NCBI GenBank assembly: GCA_000004985.1
Contig: GG738859.1
DNA length: 64,000 bases
Source: Naegleria gruberi
Lineage: Eukaryota
Reading direction: 5' to 3' (one strand)
The translations under genes were made by a program, and so were the position numbers. Below, in pieces: positions 31,501 through 41,707 of this stretch. The stretch's first letter is position 1. Every line of letters begins with the position of its first letter. The notes beneath the pieces are model-generated. The model saw only the letters and a program-made list of their open reading frames with translations. It was not told the DNA's origin and did no database searches.

Positions 31501-32144
31501 ATCAGTTGAAGAGAAAAAAACCACCCACCACACTATTCTCTAAGCAAGTACTCTTGAGTTGGTTTTCTCAGATATTTCTCAGTTTTCTAACAATTTTACT
31601 GGTTTGGATTGAAATTCATTCAGGAAAGTTTAATTGGATTACTCTATTGGACCATCCGAGTGAGGATGTGACTCAGAATTATCTGAGCTATGAATCAACA
31701 ATCATGTTTTTCATGTCCACATTGTGTACAATTAATTGTTGCATCAGTTTTAGTATCAGCAAACCTTATAAGAAATCGTTGTGGAGTTGTAATATTATGT
31801 ACATTTGCTGTTTGGTTGCAATTTACTTGTACACATGTTATGTTATTCTAATTCCAGCCCAAGTGTGGAAATCCATATTTTTACTAGTGAACATGCCAAT
31901 GTTTTACAAGATTCGAATACTAATTTATGGAATGATTCATTTAATCATTAGTTATGGAATTGAGTATATTCTTGTGGCTGATTCTTTCCTCAAGATTTTG
32001 AAAAAGTTAAATCTTGTTAACATTCTCAAAGTTGTGAAGAGTTTTGGATTGGAAAATAATGTAACCATTAATGGATGGATTAAATATCTCAATTCTAGGG
32101 AGAAACCATATAGACAGTATAGAAAATTATTCAAAAGGGAATGA
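28518..32144 (+). CDS. P5B-type P-type ATPase (ATP13A2/Ypk9-like cation transporter).
   Basis: 1208 aa. TGES actuator motif (IMTGESTPV). PPALP in M4 (VIPPALPIAIATT), which is diagnostic for P5B. The phosphorylation motif reads FDKTNTLT. The hinge motif is CGDGQNDIKALKLAHVGVSL. About 10 predicted TM segments and a P5-type N-terminal membrane-dipping segment. Confidence 0.8.
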   Translation: MSENEVDLDFFRRNFQQYQQPQQQQQKHIESNTSNIIITLGVQNNSHHGDGNSNSSNEDDEIIYGISSCQAFKWNFIMEVIFWFVCIASLGSLLLLCKWINWLKLYLTCVKISTTFKQADFLLIESNCSIHGMDGSFGRYTVVPICRDLEREFNVKFIKFRTVSFVYCEERDGFIPCRFNIGNNFNQLHEKIDQFVENQNLSKFHKLLNQIFGKNIIETPVKPIFSLLVDEVFHPFYIFQIVSVVIWCMIDYWIYALAIAFISTLSCLINLHSTRQSMVKLREMTGNQVIQLNRVKLSQDQAISQPNSIHKYHIDKRERVSSSELIPGDFVEIENGMNVPCDMILMSGQVIVNESIMTGESTPVKKMHIPNKSNHFHQHGEISNIFEGHTLYAGTNVIMIKHQVIGMVINTGFQTMKGKLIIPIIYSKPSNFQLYRDSFKYMIIMFFFGCAGVAGTFINLYNIHVPIPRIFLECFVLMTIVIPPALPIAIATTLSFAIYRLRFWNIFCIAPQRISLSGIVKKLVFDKTNTLTCDHLELHHVIQSNHLDTNSGELLENPNSPVGDIMHWAMSTCHELTLLQNGQLVGDPLDIKIFEATPFKFIEDHPTSGHSQVQSENEETSFEILKIFPFKSSLQRMSVIVKHQSGKIFCFTKGSGEMIKQLCDNSQSVPFDFYQTLYSNSHKGYRVIGVAFRELFIDDLEMIQTIDRNQVECDLKFIGLICLENKLKKETPQVIKKLLKCNLDVVIASGDNPFTVTSVARQIGLMTSEKIYLGELDLSRTNENWMNSLVWRNVDSEKDIITTEQLIEESHLYANLVEFALTGPVFNYILQHASDCTISINNQLELSFIKFILMNCKIYSRFSPQDKMKLVEILQNDLKYSCLMCGDGQNDIKALKLAHVGVSLSSDQEASLAAPFTSLKPSIECVLSVLREGRCALWSSFQVFKYMSLYCLIQFYTVVILFQKNTKMSDFQYLFVDLFIALPTLLLMTRTKSTNQLKRKKPPTTLFSKQVLLSWFSQIFLSFLTILLVWIEIHSGKFNWITLLDHPSEDVTQNYLSYESTIMFFMSTLCTINCCISFSISKPYKKSLWSCNIMYICCLVAIYLYTCYVILIPAQVWKSIFLLVNMPMFYKIRILIYGMIHLIISYGIEYILVADSFLKILKKLNLVNILKVVKSFGLENNVTINGWIKYLNSREKPYRQYRKLFKRE

Positions 32145-32523
32145 ATTAAGATAATTGCAAATAGATAACAGGAATTAATCTCCTTTATTTTCACTTATAC
32201 AAACTTACAATTATTCAAAGGGAATAAAAAGATAATAATAAAAGGTTTGATTGAGGCAAGGAAGGAATTGAACCTTCGACCAGGTCCATTCTCAACGATC
32301 CCGCCAGAACATGACGTATCATTAAAAGATGAGAACCTTACTCTCCCTACTGAGTTACTCGCTCCAAGAATTTTCTCAAATTCAAGATTGTTTTTTTTGT
32401 ATTGGATGAAATTCCCTAACATCATTATGGTTTCATTGAATATTCCTGTATTCATCTAGATTATTAAGAGTGATAATAAAAATTCGAAAGTGTTTACTAG
32501 TCTAATAGGGTTTGTTGAGTACT

Positions 32524-33879
32524 TTACTTGGGATAAACCCCATTCACAGCATAAATAGAATCCCCGTTAATGGAAATTAAATAATATTGGTTGTGAAAAG
32601 CTCCAATCAATTGAGTTCGTTCATTAAATTCCACATTCGAATTTTTCAAAGTAATCTCGCCCACAGAGTCTGTCTGTAAAATTATCAATCCATTTGAACA
32701 TGGAATTCCAAAGTACCCATGTTGGAGTGTAGAAATGGAAAGAGAGCATCTTGTTCCTTGTACTACCTTTTGATTGGTGACGTGTATTTCAGAATGAGAT
32801 CCCTCAGTGACAACTTGGAATATTTGAGCTACATAGATAAAGGATCCCTTTGTTGGATATTCTACAGAACACACAATTCCAAACTTATCTGAATTATTGA
32901 ATGCAAAAGCATTGGAACAATTCCTCATACCCTGCTTTTGGAAAGTTAACTTGTAAGAGTCTGTAGAGGTGATGGTTGTAGTCTTCTTATCCATAATTGA
33001 GAATTCCAAGTTATCACCTGTTGTATTTTGGCTTAAAACGATCAAATAATTATCCAGTGATGTCATTCCTAATAATGGAAATGAAATGTGTTGCTTGGAA
33101 AAGTCTACTGATTGAACAATTTGACCATTGATACTGTTAAACTTTACCAAATAATCTCTACTTGTAACGTAACCATCCACAGATCTAAAATCCAATAAAA
33201 ATTGGCTAAACATTTTGAACTGATTAGGTCTATTGATAATCCACTTTACAGATCCAGCATTTGAATCAATTGTGAGTACCACATCATCCAAAGCAATCAA
33301 TAAGGTGTTATCTGAAACGGTCATCAGATCATTGATCACTTGAGATATTCTGAAGATACATAGAATTGATTGTCTACTAATCTTTAAAATACCATATTCC
33401 TTTGTTGCACGGCACTGTCTCACAATAAAATAATTTCCATAATTAGCATCTACTACTGCATTCAAAAAGCCAACAGTTGGTCTCGACCATGACTTGTAAT
33501 CAATAAAACTCTCACTCTCAGAATAGGTTCCATTCTCGTTTCCTATATAAATCAAACGTTGTTGTGTTTCATCTTTCGACCCCAACACTACCATCTCACC
33601 TCTATTAGGATCCATCAATAAAGATTCAATCTCTATCGAATCAAATGTATTCTTGAACTTTCTAGTCCACTCGGCATGATTAGTAAAGTAGTGTGAATGA
33701 CGAGAACGAGCACTGTTTCCGTATCGTTGATTCCAACTATCATCAAGTGCCGATTCAACACCACTCGTAAAATACTTGATCACAATCAGTAATGTTATTG
33801 TTATTATAAGTTTAATTGAACAACAGTGTTGCTTGTTCCTATGATCAGAACCAATAGCAGCTACCGAAGATACCATCAT
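32524..33879 (-). CDS. Hypothetical membrane-anchored or secreted protein, 451 aa, with an N-terminal hydrophobic anchor.
   Basis: The continuous ORF starts MMVSSVAAIG...IKLIITITLLIVIKYF, a TM or signal anchor. The remainder is beta-rich with N-glycosylation sequons. No domain recognised. Confidence 0.4.
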   Translation of the reverse strand: MMVSSVAAIGSDHRNKQHCCSIKLIITITLLIVIKYFTSGVESALDDSWNQRYGNSARSRHSHYFTNHAEWTRKFKNTFDSIEIESLLMDPNRGEMVVLGSKDETQQRLIYIGNENGTYSESESFIDYKSWSRPTVGFLNAVVDANYGNYFIVRQCRATKEYGILKISRQSILCIFRISQVINDLMTVSDNTLLIALDDVVLTIDSNAGSVKWIINRPNQFKMFSQFLLDFRSVDGYVTSRDYLVKFNSINGQIVQSVDFSKQHISFPLLGMTSLDNYLIVLSQNTTGDNLEFSIMDKKTTTITSTDSYKLTFQKQGMRNCSNAFAFNNSDKFGIVCSVEYPTKGSFIYVAQIFQVVTEGSHSEIHVTNQKVVQGTRCSLSISTLQHGYFGIPCSNGLIILQTDSVGEITLKNSNVEFNERTQLIGAFHNQYYLISINGDSIYAVNGVYPK

Positions 33880-34925
33880 ATTATGAAAATCTAGTTCGGA
33901 TATTTTTTTTGATATTGTTTTTCAATAGTTCAAGATTTTTCCCGCCAATATTTTAAAATCTCCAAGTCTTTAATTATCAATGTGGAGAATTAAATAATAA
34001 TTGCTTGATTACTTTTTGAATAGGGATTTGACTTGAGAAAGTAAATTATCCAAAAGTGAAGAGTTGGAAGTTGTAATTCCATTCAATTTGGTGTTATTGT
34101 TAGTTGTTGTGTTTGGGTCCTGAATTGAATAAATAATTTGTTTTCCTCTTGTTCTGTATCTCTCGTAAATTGATAATAATTTACTATCATTATTTCTCTG
34201 TTTTTAATAATATATTAATTCAGATATATTTAAATATTATTAATTCCGAATATTATTCTTTTACATACATGTAATAGAAAAGCAAGTAATCCTCCATAAT
34301 AAATAATTAAAGCAGCCATTCCCAATTTTACATTCCTCAATTTTTCAAATGATTTTAAACTCGATATCACTTGATAGACAAGATGAAGAATTGGCACTGA
34401 AATGTTATCAATAAATGTTTGAGTGAGTGATGATTGTCCCGAAAATACAACAAGATTTGTTTCCTTTTGATTTAAATTTGTTGAAACTAGATTCCGATGA
34501 TTTGTTATTTTCTCATCATGGTGCTGAAAATTGCCATCCGAATGAGCAATTTGTGATTTAATCATTTTTTAAATATTTTCCACCATCTAATAAGCACAGC
34601 ATTTTGGTATTCAAACAATAAATTGACATCTTACTACTGGTAATAGATATGTATGAGGAAACATCATCTTACAAAGAATAACACTAAGCCAACTAACTCC
34701 TCTTGGGATGTGATTGAAGAAAAACTTAATCTTCCTATTTGGAAATGTGAAAAAGTACTTGATAACAAAACAAGTGTCGGTTGTGCTCTAACAAAATGAA
34801 ATAAGCCACAACGCTGTTACTTGAAGCAACCTTCAATAAGAAACTTATCATTCGGGCATGAAAATCATCTCGTCAAGTATTGAGATAGGAAACCAAACTC
34901 ATTAAAAAAAAAAACAATCATTCGA

Positions 34926-36015
34926 ATGTATTCCAAACATTTTCTTTCATTCTGTTGTTTCTTTCTGTTGCTGCTATCTTTCTATCAACAACACCAGTTG
35001 TACTCAGTAACCAATGCTCAATTATCCTCCGTTCAATTCAATCAAGCTGTAGATGCAGCTTTAAGCAAGTTAGTTGCCGACAGTTCCTTTCAAAATTACA
35101 TCTATGATGGTATGTTGTTTGTTATCTTGAATATCATCCATACATATGAACCATGCTGAATGAATTTCTCTAACCATTTTCACAAGCCATTGCTTTCCCT
35201 GTTCCAACATGTGCAACACCAACCTCCTTTCCAACAATTAATCCCATTCCAAGTAATGTTTCAACTATCAAGATGTGTTATGATGGAGCTGGTTATATTT
35301 CTGAACCGTGGCTTTCCATTTACAAATCAGTGGTATGTTTATTTCTTGTTTCATCTCTCATAAAAATTGGAATTGTTGTGTTTAGGGAAATGGAATTGTG
35401 AAATATTTAAATAGTCAATATACAATTCAATTGACAGCATCCTTTGTGATGGTCAATACTGAGAATGGTTATTTCTCCTCAATGAAAAAGGCAGTGGATA
35501 CTGCTGCTTGCGATGTTGCAGTTGCTGACACTACCATTACAACTGAAAGGTCAACCCAAGTCAACTTTGCCAAATGTGCATATGGTTCAACTGCTAATGG
35601 CTTTTTGAGAAATGAATTGGATAATTCCACAATTATGATTTCCACCTTTTCAGATTTGAATAATCCAAATGTTACAGTTGCATTCTATGAAGGAACAATA
35701 TACGAAACTATTGCTAATCAATCACTACCTCTGGCTAAAAAAATTCCTTCAACCTATGATGAACAATTTGATTTACTAACCAAAAACAAGGTTCATGCTA
35801 TAATAGGAGATGGAATTGATTTTTTCCAATTCAAATCTAATAATTTGAAAAGCTGCTCTTCATGTTTTGTCAAGATTTTTGGAGAGAGTGCACCATTTGG
35901 AGTGTTTACTCAAATTACCACTCGTACAAGTGCAAGTGTCAGCTGCCATTTCGAATACTTTTCATTTACTGGACTAGTTTTGATAATTTTATCAACAATG
36001 TTAATGAATTTGTAA
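34926..36015 (+). CDS. Small secreted or GPI-anchored protein with a periplasmic-binding-protein type 2 / ionotropic-glutamate-receptor ligand-binding-like domain. Three exons: join(34926..35109,35187..35332,35386..36015).
   Basis: The ORF track splits this into three pieces. GTATGT donors at 35110 and 35333 and AG acceptors at 35186 and 35385 join them in frame. Signal peptide MYSKHFLSFCCFFLLLLSF. The core AACDVAVADTTITTERSTQVNFAKCAYGS resembles the SBP_bac_3 / iGluR S1 motif (DxAxAxxTITxERxxxVDFSxPY). The hydrophobic C-terminus (FTGLVLIILSTMLMNL) could be a GPI-anchor signal. Confidence 0.45.
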
Positions 36016-36169
36016 AGTCTTGGAAAACTATTAGCAATTAACAACCCTCGTAGAATCGGATAAGTTTAATTTACCCTATCAATCACCTCGTACGCACTTT
36101 CTCATTCAAAATAAATAAAACAAATTTTCAATTTCAGAAAATAATAAAATTAAAAAAAAAACACAAGAA

Positions 36170-37423
36170 ATGAAATACGTTAAATTTGGTAATACTGGCT
36201 TGAAAGTTTCTCAAATTTGCTTTGGTAAGTTGATTACTCATATTAATTATAATAATAATTATTAATTATGATCAATTTGATGATGGCTTAATTTTCTCTC
36301 TCGGAATTTTCAAATGGTGATCGGAATTTGATGATCAACAACAAGGTTGTATGAGTTTTGGATCACCAAAGTGGCAACCATGGGTATTGGATGAAGCTCA
36401 ATCATTGCCAATCTTGAAGAAGGCCTGGGATTTGGGTATTAATTTCTTTGATACTGCTGATATGTACTCAAATGGTGAAAGTGAGAGAATTTTGGGTAAA
36501 TTCATCAAGGAGAATAATATCAAGAGAGAGGAAATTGTTATTGCTACCAAGGTTTTCTTCCCTATCGATAAATCTGGTGAGCAAAAGACTCTGTTTAGAA
36601 ATGGTGTGCAAAATCTCGTTCCAAATACTTATGGTTTGTCGAGAAAGCATATCATGCATGCTGTTGAAGATTCTTTGCAAAGATTGGGAACTGATTGTAT
36701 GTATTTATTAATCATGATAATGTCGAATCATAATTCTAATATAATTTGCTTTGGAATAATTTGGAATAATTTCAAAAAGATATTGATTTGTATATTATTC
36801 ACCGTTGGGACAATAATACCCCAATTGAGGAAACAATGGAAGCTCTTCATGATTTGGTCAAGTCTGGAAAGGTCAGACATATTGGTGCTTCATCTATGTG
36901 GGCATGGCAATTCGCAAAGGCACAACACGTTGCAGAAATGAAGGGCTGGACAAAGTTTGTCTCCATGCAAAATCTCTACAATTTACTCTATAGAGAGGAA
37001 GAAAGAGATATGATTCCATTGTGTAAGGATCAATTGACAACATGCACACCTTGGTCACCAATCTCACGTGGAATTCTTGCCAGAGCTCACGAATTTGCCG
37101 ACTCAACCCAAATTGAAGGATCTTCCACTAGAGCTACCACTGATCCATTTGCAAAGCAATTCGAAAAGGAATTAACAGAGGGTGATAAGGAAACTTTGAG
37201 AAGAGTCTCTGAGATTGCCAAAAAGAAGGACGTCACCCCTGCTCAAATCGCCATTGCTTGGTTGTTGACCAAGCCTTATGTTTCTGCTCCAGTGGTGGGT
37301 GTTACCAAGATTGAAAATGTAGAGTTGAATGTTGCTGCAACAGAAATTGTCTTTACTGAGGAAGAAATTAAGCATTTGGAAGGTGCTTACGTTACTAAGG
37401 CTGTTCAAGGTGCATTGCAATAA
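36170..37423 (+). CDS. Aldo-keto reductase (AKR family, aryl-alcohol dehydrogenase-like). Three exons: join(36170..36224,36346..36696,36780..37423).
   Basis: Exon 1 encodes MKYVKFGNTGLKVSQICFG. Exon 2 continues (G)CMSFGSPKWQ...LQRLGTD. Exon 3 restores the conserved -YIDLYIIHRWD- block. Donors are G|GTAAGT and T|GTATGT; acceptors are ACAAG| and AAAAAG|. Introns are 121 and 83 nt. Confidence 0.8.
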
Positions 37424-37522
37424 ACTCCTTAAATTGTACACATTTTTAGCTTAGTATTTCCTTATTGCATTTTACTAAGGGGTATTTATAATGAAAATGC
37501 CCCGTGCTGAAAGTAAGTTGAT

Positions 37523-39268
37523 TTATTTCTTCACCATTGCTTCAAGGAGCGCCTGCATAAGACTGTGCCTGTCCCCTTCCGAGAGAGTTGTCACAAAGCT
37601 CGCCCACCTATTTTCACTTTGTGGTGATGGACTTCCAATAGAGTCGTTATTTTCTTGAATTGTTGCTTGACTGGAATTATCAGCAAATGAACCTCCACAA
37701 CTACTAGTTGGTGTTGCAAGTCCTGCTGGAGATAAGAGGTCAGTTCCATTTTGACTTACACTAGATGGATGAACTGATATTGAATGAGTCCTTGCTGTTT
37801 TCTTCCTTGATCCTGCACCTGTAGGTGTTCCAGAGAATACAAAGTAATTATTCTTAAACTTGTTATTTTCACACAGTACAGTCTCGTTCTTCAATAAGGG
37901 TCTACTAAATTTTTCATTCTTCTTTTCTGATGCATCACCATTTTGAGGTGTTGATGTTCCATTTGAATTGGTATTATTACTATTAGAATTTGGAGAGATG
38001 GATAGAATAGCTGATGGAGATGTATCAGCATATTGGACATGTTGCTGAGGGACTAATATTGAAATTTCTTGAACATTCTTTTTGGATTTCTTTGTTGGTT
38101 TCTTATTTGTTGAGGGTGCTTTGGTAACTTTTTTAGTTCGTTTCTTTTTTCCTCCCTTTTGTGGTTTATCCTCATCTATCATTTCACTTGTGAATGTTTC
38201 ATTCATCACATTCATGAATGCAGATTTTGAAGTTTCTCCAAGCATTTCCTCTACTGAACCTTGTTGAAGTGTTGAGGTTTCCATCATTGAGTTTGAAGTA
38301 AACGAGTGTGAATGAACTTGTTCATCGTTAGATGCGCACAAATCTACTGGTTTTAGTAAATCTTGCATTTGGTGAGAGGAGGTATTTAAGGCATGTTGAG
38401 GTGAATGTGAAATTAGTGCTGAGAAATCATTCGGATTAATGATAATGGACGCTTGATGATGATGAGGAGATGATGAGAATACATCCGACGATGATGATGT
38501 TGGGTGGTTGTTCATGGATCCAAATACAACTTGTTGTTGTGGGTTTACACTTCCATTAAGCATGATGGGTTGATTTTTCGAGACCATTCTTTGGTTATTA
38601 AGACTAGATTGTAGCAATTGAAGAATTGAAGTTTCAGATAAGTTACTATCTATCATGCCAATATTTACATTGGAGGATGGTTGCTGTGGAATTTGATTTT
38701 GTTGAGAGAACATTTGTAACAGTTGAAGGTTAGTTTGATTGAAATTGTTAGGGGAGGTGTCGGAAGGAGAGGGAATACCATTCATCTTCCATGTAGAGTT
38801 TACAGAGTTTGTATCCATATTGATGGTAACTTGTTGGGTGTGTTGAAGATGAGACTGGTTATTGTTGGAACAGTTCATGTTAGGTGGGAGAGGAGCAACA
38901 ATATTCGATTGATGATTAAGCATTTCAACTTGCTGTAGTAATTTTTCAATGGAAATGTTATTCGTGTCGAGACACATGTTAGAATTCAAGGATTGTTGTG
39001 ATTGTGAATGATTGAGAGTATTTTGATTATTATTTGAATTTTGTTGGAGGAGAGAATTAAGCGAATCTTGAGTATTAGGAGTCATGAATAAACCATGTGG
39101 AGAAATGATACCGTTACCTAAAAGCTCTGACAGCGTCGATGAATTGTTGGTAGCAGTGCCAGCTTGCTGGTGTTGTTGGGAGTGTGTTGGTGAGGATAAT
39201 TGTTGAAAGAGTCCTTCACCAATATTGTTATTATTATTATTGTTATTAGTTTGTTGCAATTGTCTCAT
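37523..39268 (-). CDS. Gln/Asn/Ser-rich hypothetical nuclear protein with a basic KKKRTKK stretch.
   Basis: 581-aa ORF dominated by low-complexity Q/N/S sequence. It has an NLS-like block (KGGKKKRTKKVTKAPSTNKKPTKKSKKN) and the C-terminal end is DRHSLMQALLEAMVKK. Confidence 0.4.
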   Translation of the reverse strand: MRQLQQTNNNNNNNNIGEGLFQQLSSPTHSQQHQQAGTATNNSSTLSELLGNGIISPHGLFMTPNTQDSLNSLLQQNSNNNQNTLNHSQSQQSLNSNMCLDTNNISIEKLLQQVEMLNHQSNIVAPLPPNMNCSNNNQSHLQHTQQVTINMDTNSVNSTWKMNGIPSPSDTSPNNFNQTNLQLLQMFSQQNQIPQQPSSNVNIGMIDSNLSETSILQLLQSSLNNQRMVSKNQPIMLNGSVNPQQQVVFGSMNNHPTSSSSDVFSSSPHHHQASIIINPNDFSALISHSPQHALNTSSHQMQDLLKPVDLCASNDEQVHSHSFTSNSMMETSTLQQGSVEEMLGETSKSAFMNVMNETFTSEMIDEDKPQKGGKKKRTKKVTKAPSTNKKPTKKSKKNVQEISILVPQQHVQYADTSPSAILSISPNSNSNNTNSNGTSTPQNGDASEKKNEKFSRPLLKNETVLCENNKFKNNYFVFSGTPTGAGSRKKTARTHSISVHPSSVSQNGTDLLSPAGLATPTSSCGGSFADNSSQATIQENNDSIGSPSPQSENRWASFVTTLSEGDRHSLMQALLEAMVKK

Positions 39269-40043
39269 TCGTATATATGGTGTTATAATGGTATTGAGAA
39301 ATGACTGGTGGTAGGATGGTTGTTATTAAGTGATGAATTGCTTATATTCTAGGTTTTTAATATTCTTATTCTTTATAATGACTCTTATTGTTGTTGGTAC
39401 GTTCAACTCTTATAAGGGTGCATTCACAAAGGAAGGCTTTCCTCAAATGAATCGTTGTTTAATATTGTTGTTACCTTTTCTTTTGGGCAAAAATGCTCTT
39501 GTTGTTGATCACTGCATCTCCTGTGCATGCTGCGTGAAAGAGGATGATGCTGCTTAAATAATTTTTACAGGACATCTTAAAAAGTATTCAATTTTTCGTT
39601 TACGCGTAAAATCACCGAATAGGTGTTGCTTAAATGGCTTTTGGTTTTTTCTATTGGTGTATTAAGAAATTTTGGTATCGTTCATGGGATGAATAACCGA
39701 CAACGACTGGTCTATTAAGGAGTGAAGCACCAATTTTAATCGAAGAATCTTTATGCTGCTCTTGTTTAGAAATAATGAGTTTGGTTTTCCTAGCCTTCAC
39801 CAAGCATCCCAGTTCAAACAGCCAGTTTTCTTTGTTAGATTCACAACAGAGAGAGCGTGATCTCAATTTGACTCTTCCTCACTGTTCTTTCCACCAACAT
39901 TACAGTACCTGTATTGTCAAGATCTTGCATTTTTCAACTGAAACCCATATTAATCTTGAGAGTTTTTGACAATTCTAATAATCGATAGCTGCTTTTGTCC
40001 TTAGTATCATAAATAACACCTCCCTATTCAACCTTAATAACAA

Positions 40044-40116
40044 GCCGACATAGCTCAGTTGGGAGAGCGTAAGACTGAAGATCTTAAGGTCCCTGGTTCG
40101 ATCCCTGGTGTCGGCA
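40044..40116 (+). tRNA. tRNA-Phe, anticodon GAA, 73 nt, no encoded CCA.
   Basis: GCCGACATAGCTCAGTTGGGAGAGCGTAAGACTGAAGATCTTAAGGTCCCTGGTTCGATCCCTGGTGTCGGCA. The 7-bp acceptor stem GCCGACA pairs with TGTCGGC. D-loop AGCTCAGTTGGGAGAGC. Anticodon loop CTGAAGA. T-loop GGTTCGATCC. Confidence 0.9.
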
Positions 40117-40279
40117 AATTTTGATTTTGTATCTCCATCTTCAAATTTGCATAATAACGTCATTTTCAAAAGCCATTCAAAAAACAAAAGTCTGCATTTC
40201 ATTCCACTTTGCTCCTGGACCCATTTTCTTTACTGTTCGACAATAATATTCAATAATACTGTTCCTTTTTGTCATTTAA

Positions 40280-41680
40280 ATGATGACCACAGATTTTCTG
40301 TGTCCTGAGAATGCTTCCTCCCTCAAACCTCGTCCTCCAACCTCACCGTGTACTTCTTCTTCATCATCGGGAAGAAGACAAGCAAGTGTTCGAAATTTAC
40401 AATTTTCTTCTGTACCCTCTTCTCCCTCATCATCCAAAAGAGCTTCTCCAACCACATCATTAAACAGTTCAAAACCCTTATCATCTTCATCGAATAGTAA
40501 AAGTCCATCACTAACCATAGGAACTGCCACATTATCACCAAGAATAACAACATCATTATCTGCACAACAAGCACCTCCATCACCCTCATCAGCAGCAGCA
40601 AGAAAGATACGTCTCAATATTGATTTGAATCAAATTCAAAAACAAAATGAAACTACCATCGCAATTGGATTAAAAAGATCATCTTCTAAGAGTCATTCAT
40701 TGAACAGCTCCCCAATTAATCATCTCCTCTCACCCAATTCCATCCTTTCAAACAACTTATACTCGAGTAATAGCAATCAATGCACTCCAGCTACAATGAT
40801 AACCGTTACTTCATCCTATCGGAGCACAGTAGAGAAGGATGATTTGATGAAAATTGTACCCTACTCTCCACACATTCCCTCTCCCATAATGAGTAAGGGA
40901 TTGTTTGAGAGTGATGGATGTGAATTCTCTCCACGTGATGCTCACTGGCTGCCCAAACAAAAGAAAACCATCACTAAGGAGAAGAGTTATCAATCGTTGC
41001 CACCCCAGGTTGAGGAGAATGAATTTAATCTGATGAGTCCACGACACATTGTGGAAACTTATTCAACTACAAAGAAAAAGTTTACAGAGATTAAGAATAA
41101 CCCAATATTCGATACTGCACTATTGGAAAATAAGGCTAAAGTTGCTGAATTTAAAAGTGAAAAATTCAAAATTTTGAGAGAATTTTGTGATATGAATTCT
41201 ACATTGGATGTTTGTTATAAGGAATTGGGTTCATTTACAAGTTTGGAAAATCCACAAGATCCACTCAAAGTTGTGGTTGACAAAGCAGCTTTTGAACAAT
41301 CACCAATTCATGAACATGAGGATGCTCTTCATAAACGAAGACAACTCAAAAGAATGATGAAGAATGCCAAAAATCAAAATATTGCCAATGACTATGCAAG
41401 TGACATGGATTTGAAATCTCTCTTACTCATTTGTGAGTTGAGAGAGAAGGAAAAGAAGGAATTTCCGACACCAAGGAAATCACTTCTTAAAAGTCCAAGA
41501 ACTCCCAGAACTCCAGGAAGAAATGCCAAGTTGCCACCTCTCAAATTTTCAGAACAATACAGATTAAGCAAAATAAGACAATCTATGGAAGTAAGTGGCA
41601 CTGATTCCTCTTCTCCAATAAGTAATGGCTCTGTACAACAATCAACTGTGATGCTATCACCTTCATCTCCTAATAATTAA
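40280..41680 (+). CDS. Ser/Pro-rich hypothetical protein, 466 aa.
   Basis: Continuous ORF with an N-terminal S/P/T low-complexity region and a Lys/Glu-rich C-terminal half. No domain recognised. Confidence 0.4.
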   Translation: MMTTDFLCPENASSLKPRPPTSPCTSSSSSGRRQASVRNLQFSSVPSSPSSSKRASPTTSLNSSKPLSSSSNSKSPSLTIGTATLSPRITTSLSAQQAPPSPSSAAARKIRLNIDLNQIQKQNETTIAIGLKRSSSKSHSLNSSPINHLLSPNSILSNNLYSSNSNQCTPATMITVTSSYRSTVEKDDLMKIVPYSPHIPSPIMSKGLFESDGCEFSPRDAHWLPKQKKTITKEKSYQSLPPQVEENEFNLMSPRHIVETYSTTKKKFTEIKNNPIFDTALLENKAKVAEFKSEKFKILREFCDMNSTLDVCYKELGSFTSLENPQDPLKVVVDKAAFEQSPIHEHEDALHKRRQLKRMMKNAKNQNIANDYASDMDLKSLLLICELREKEKKEFPTPRKSLLKSPRTPRTPGRNAKLPPLKFSEQYRLSKIRQSMEVSGTDSSSPISNGSVQQSTVMLSPSSPNN

Positions 41681-41707
41681 TTTATTAGAAAGGTTAACAT
41701 GCGGTTT

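Noticed and set aside
34230-34565. 111-aa minus ORF with a C-terminal hydrophobic segment, a possible tail-anchored protein
   Set aside because: It could be a real small gene (a GTATGT sits near its 3' end), but I have no homology, and the N-terminal half is low-complexity. Left uncalled.
39330-39557. 75-aa plus ORF with an N-terminal hydrophobic stretch and a C-terminal Cys cluster
   Set aside because: It is short, and I can recognise neither homology nor splice context. I cannot tell it apart from a chance ORF.
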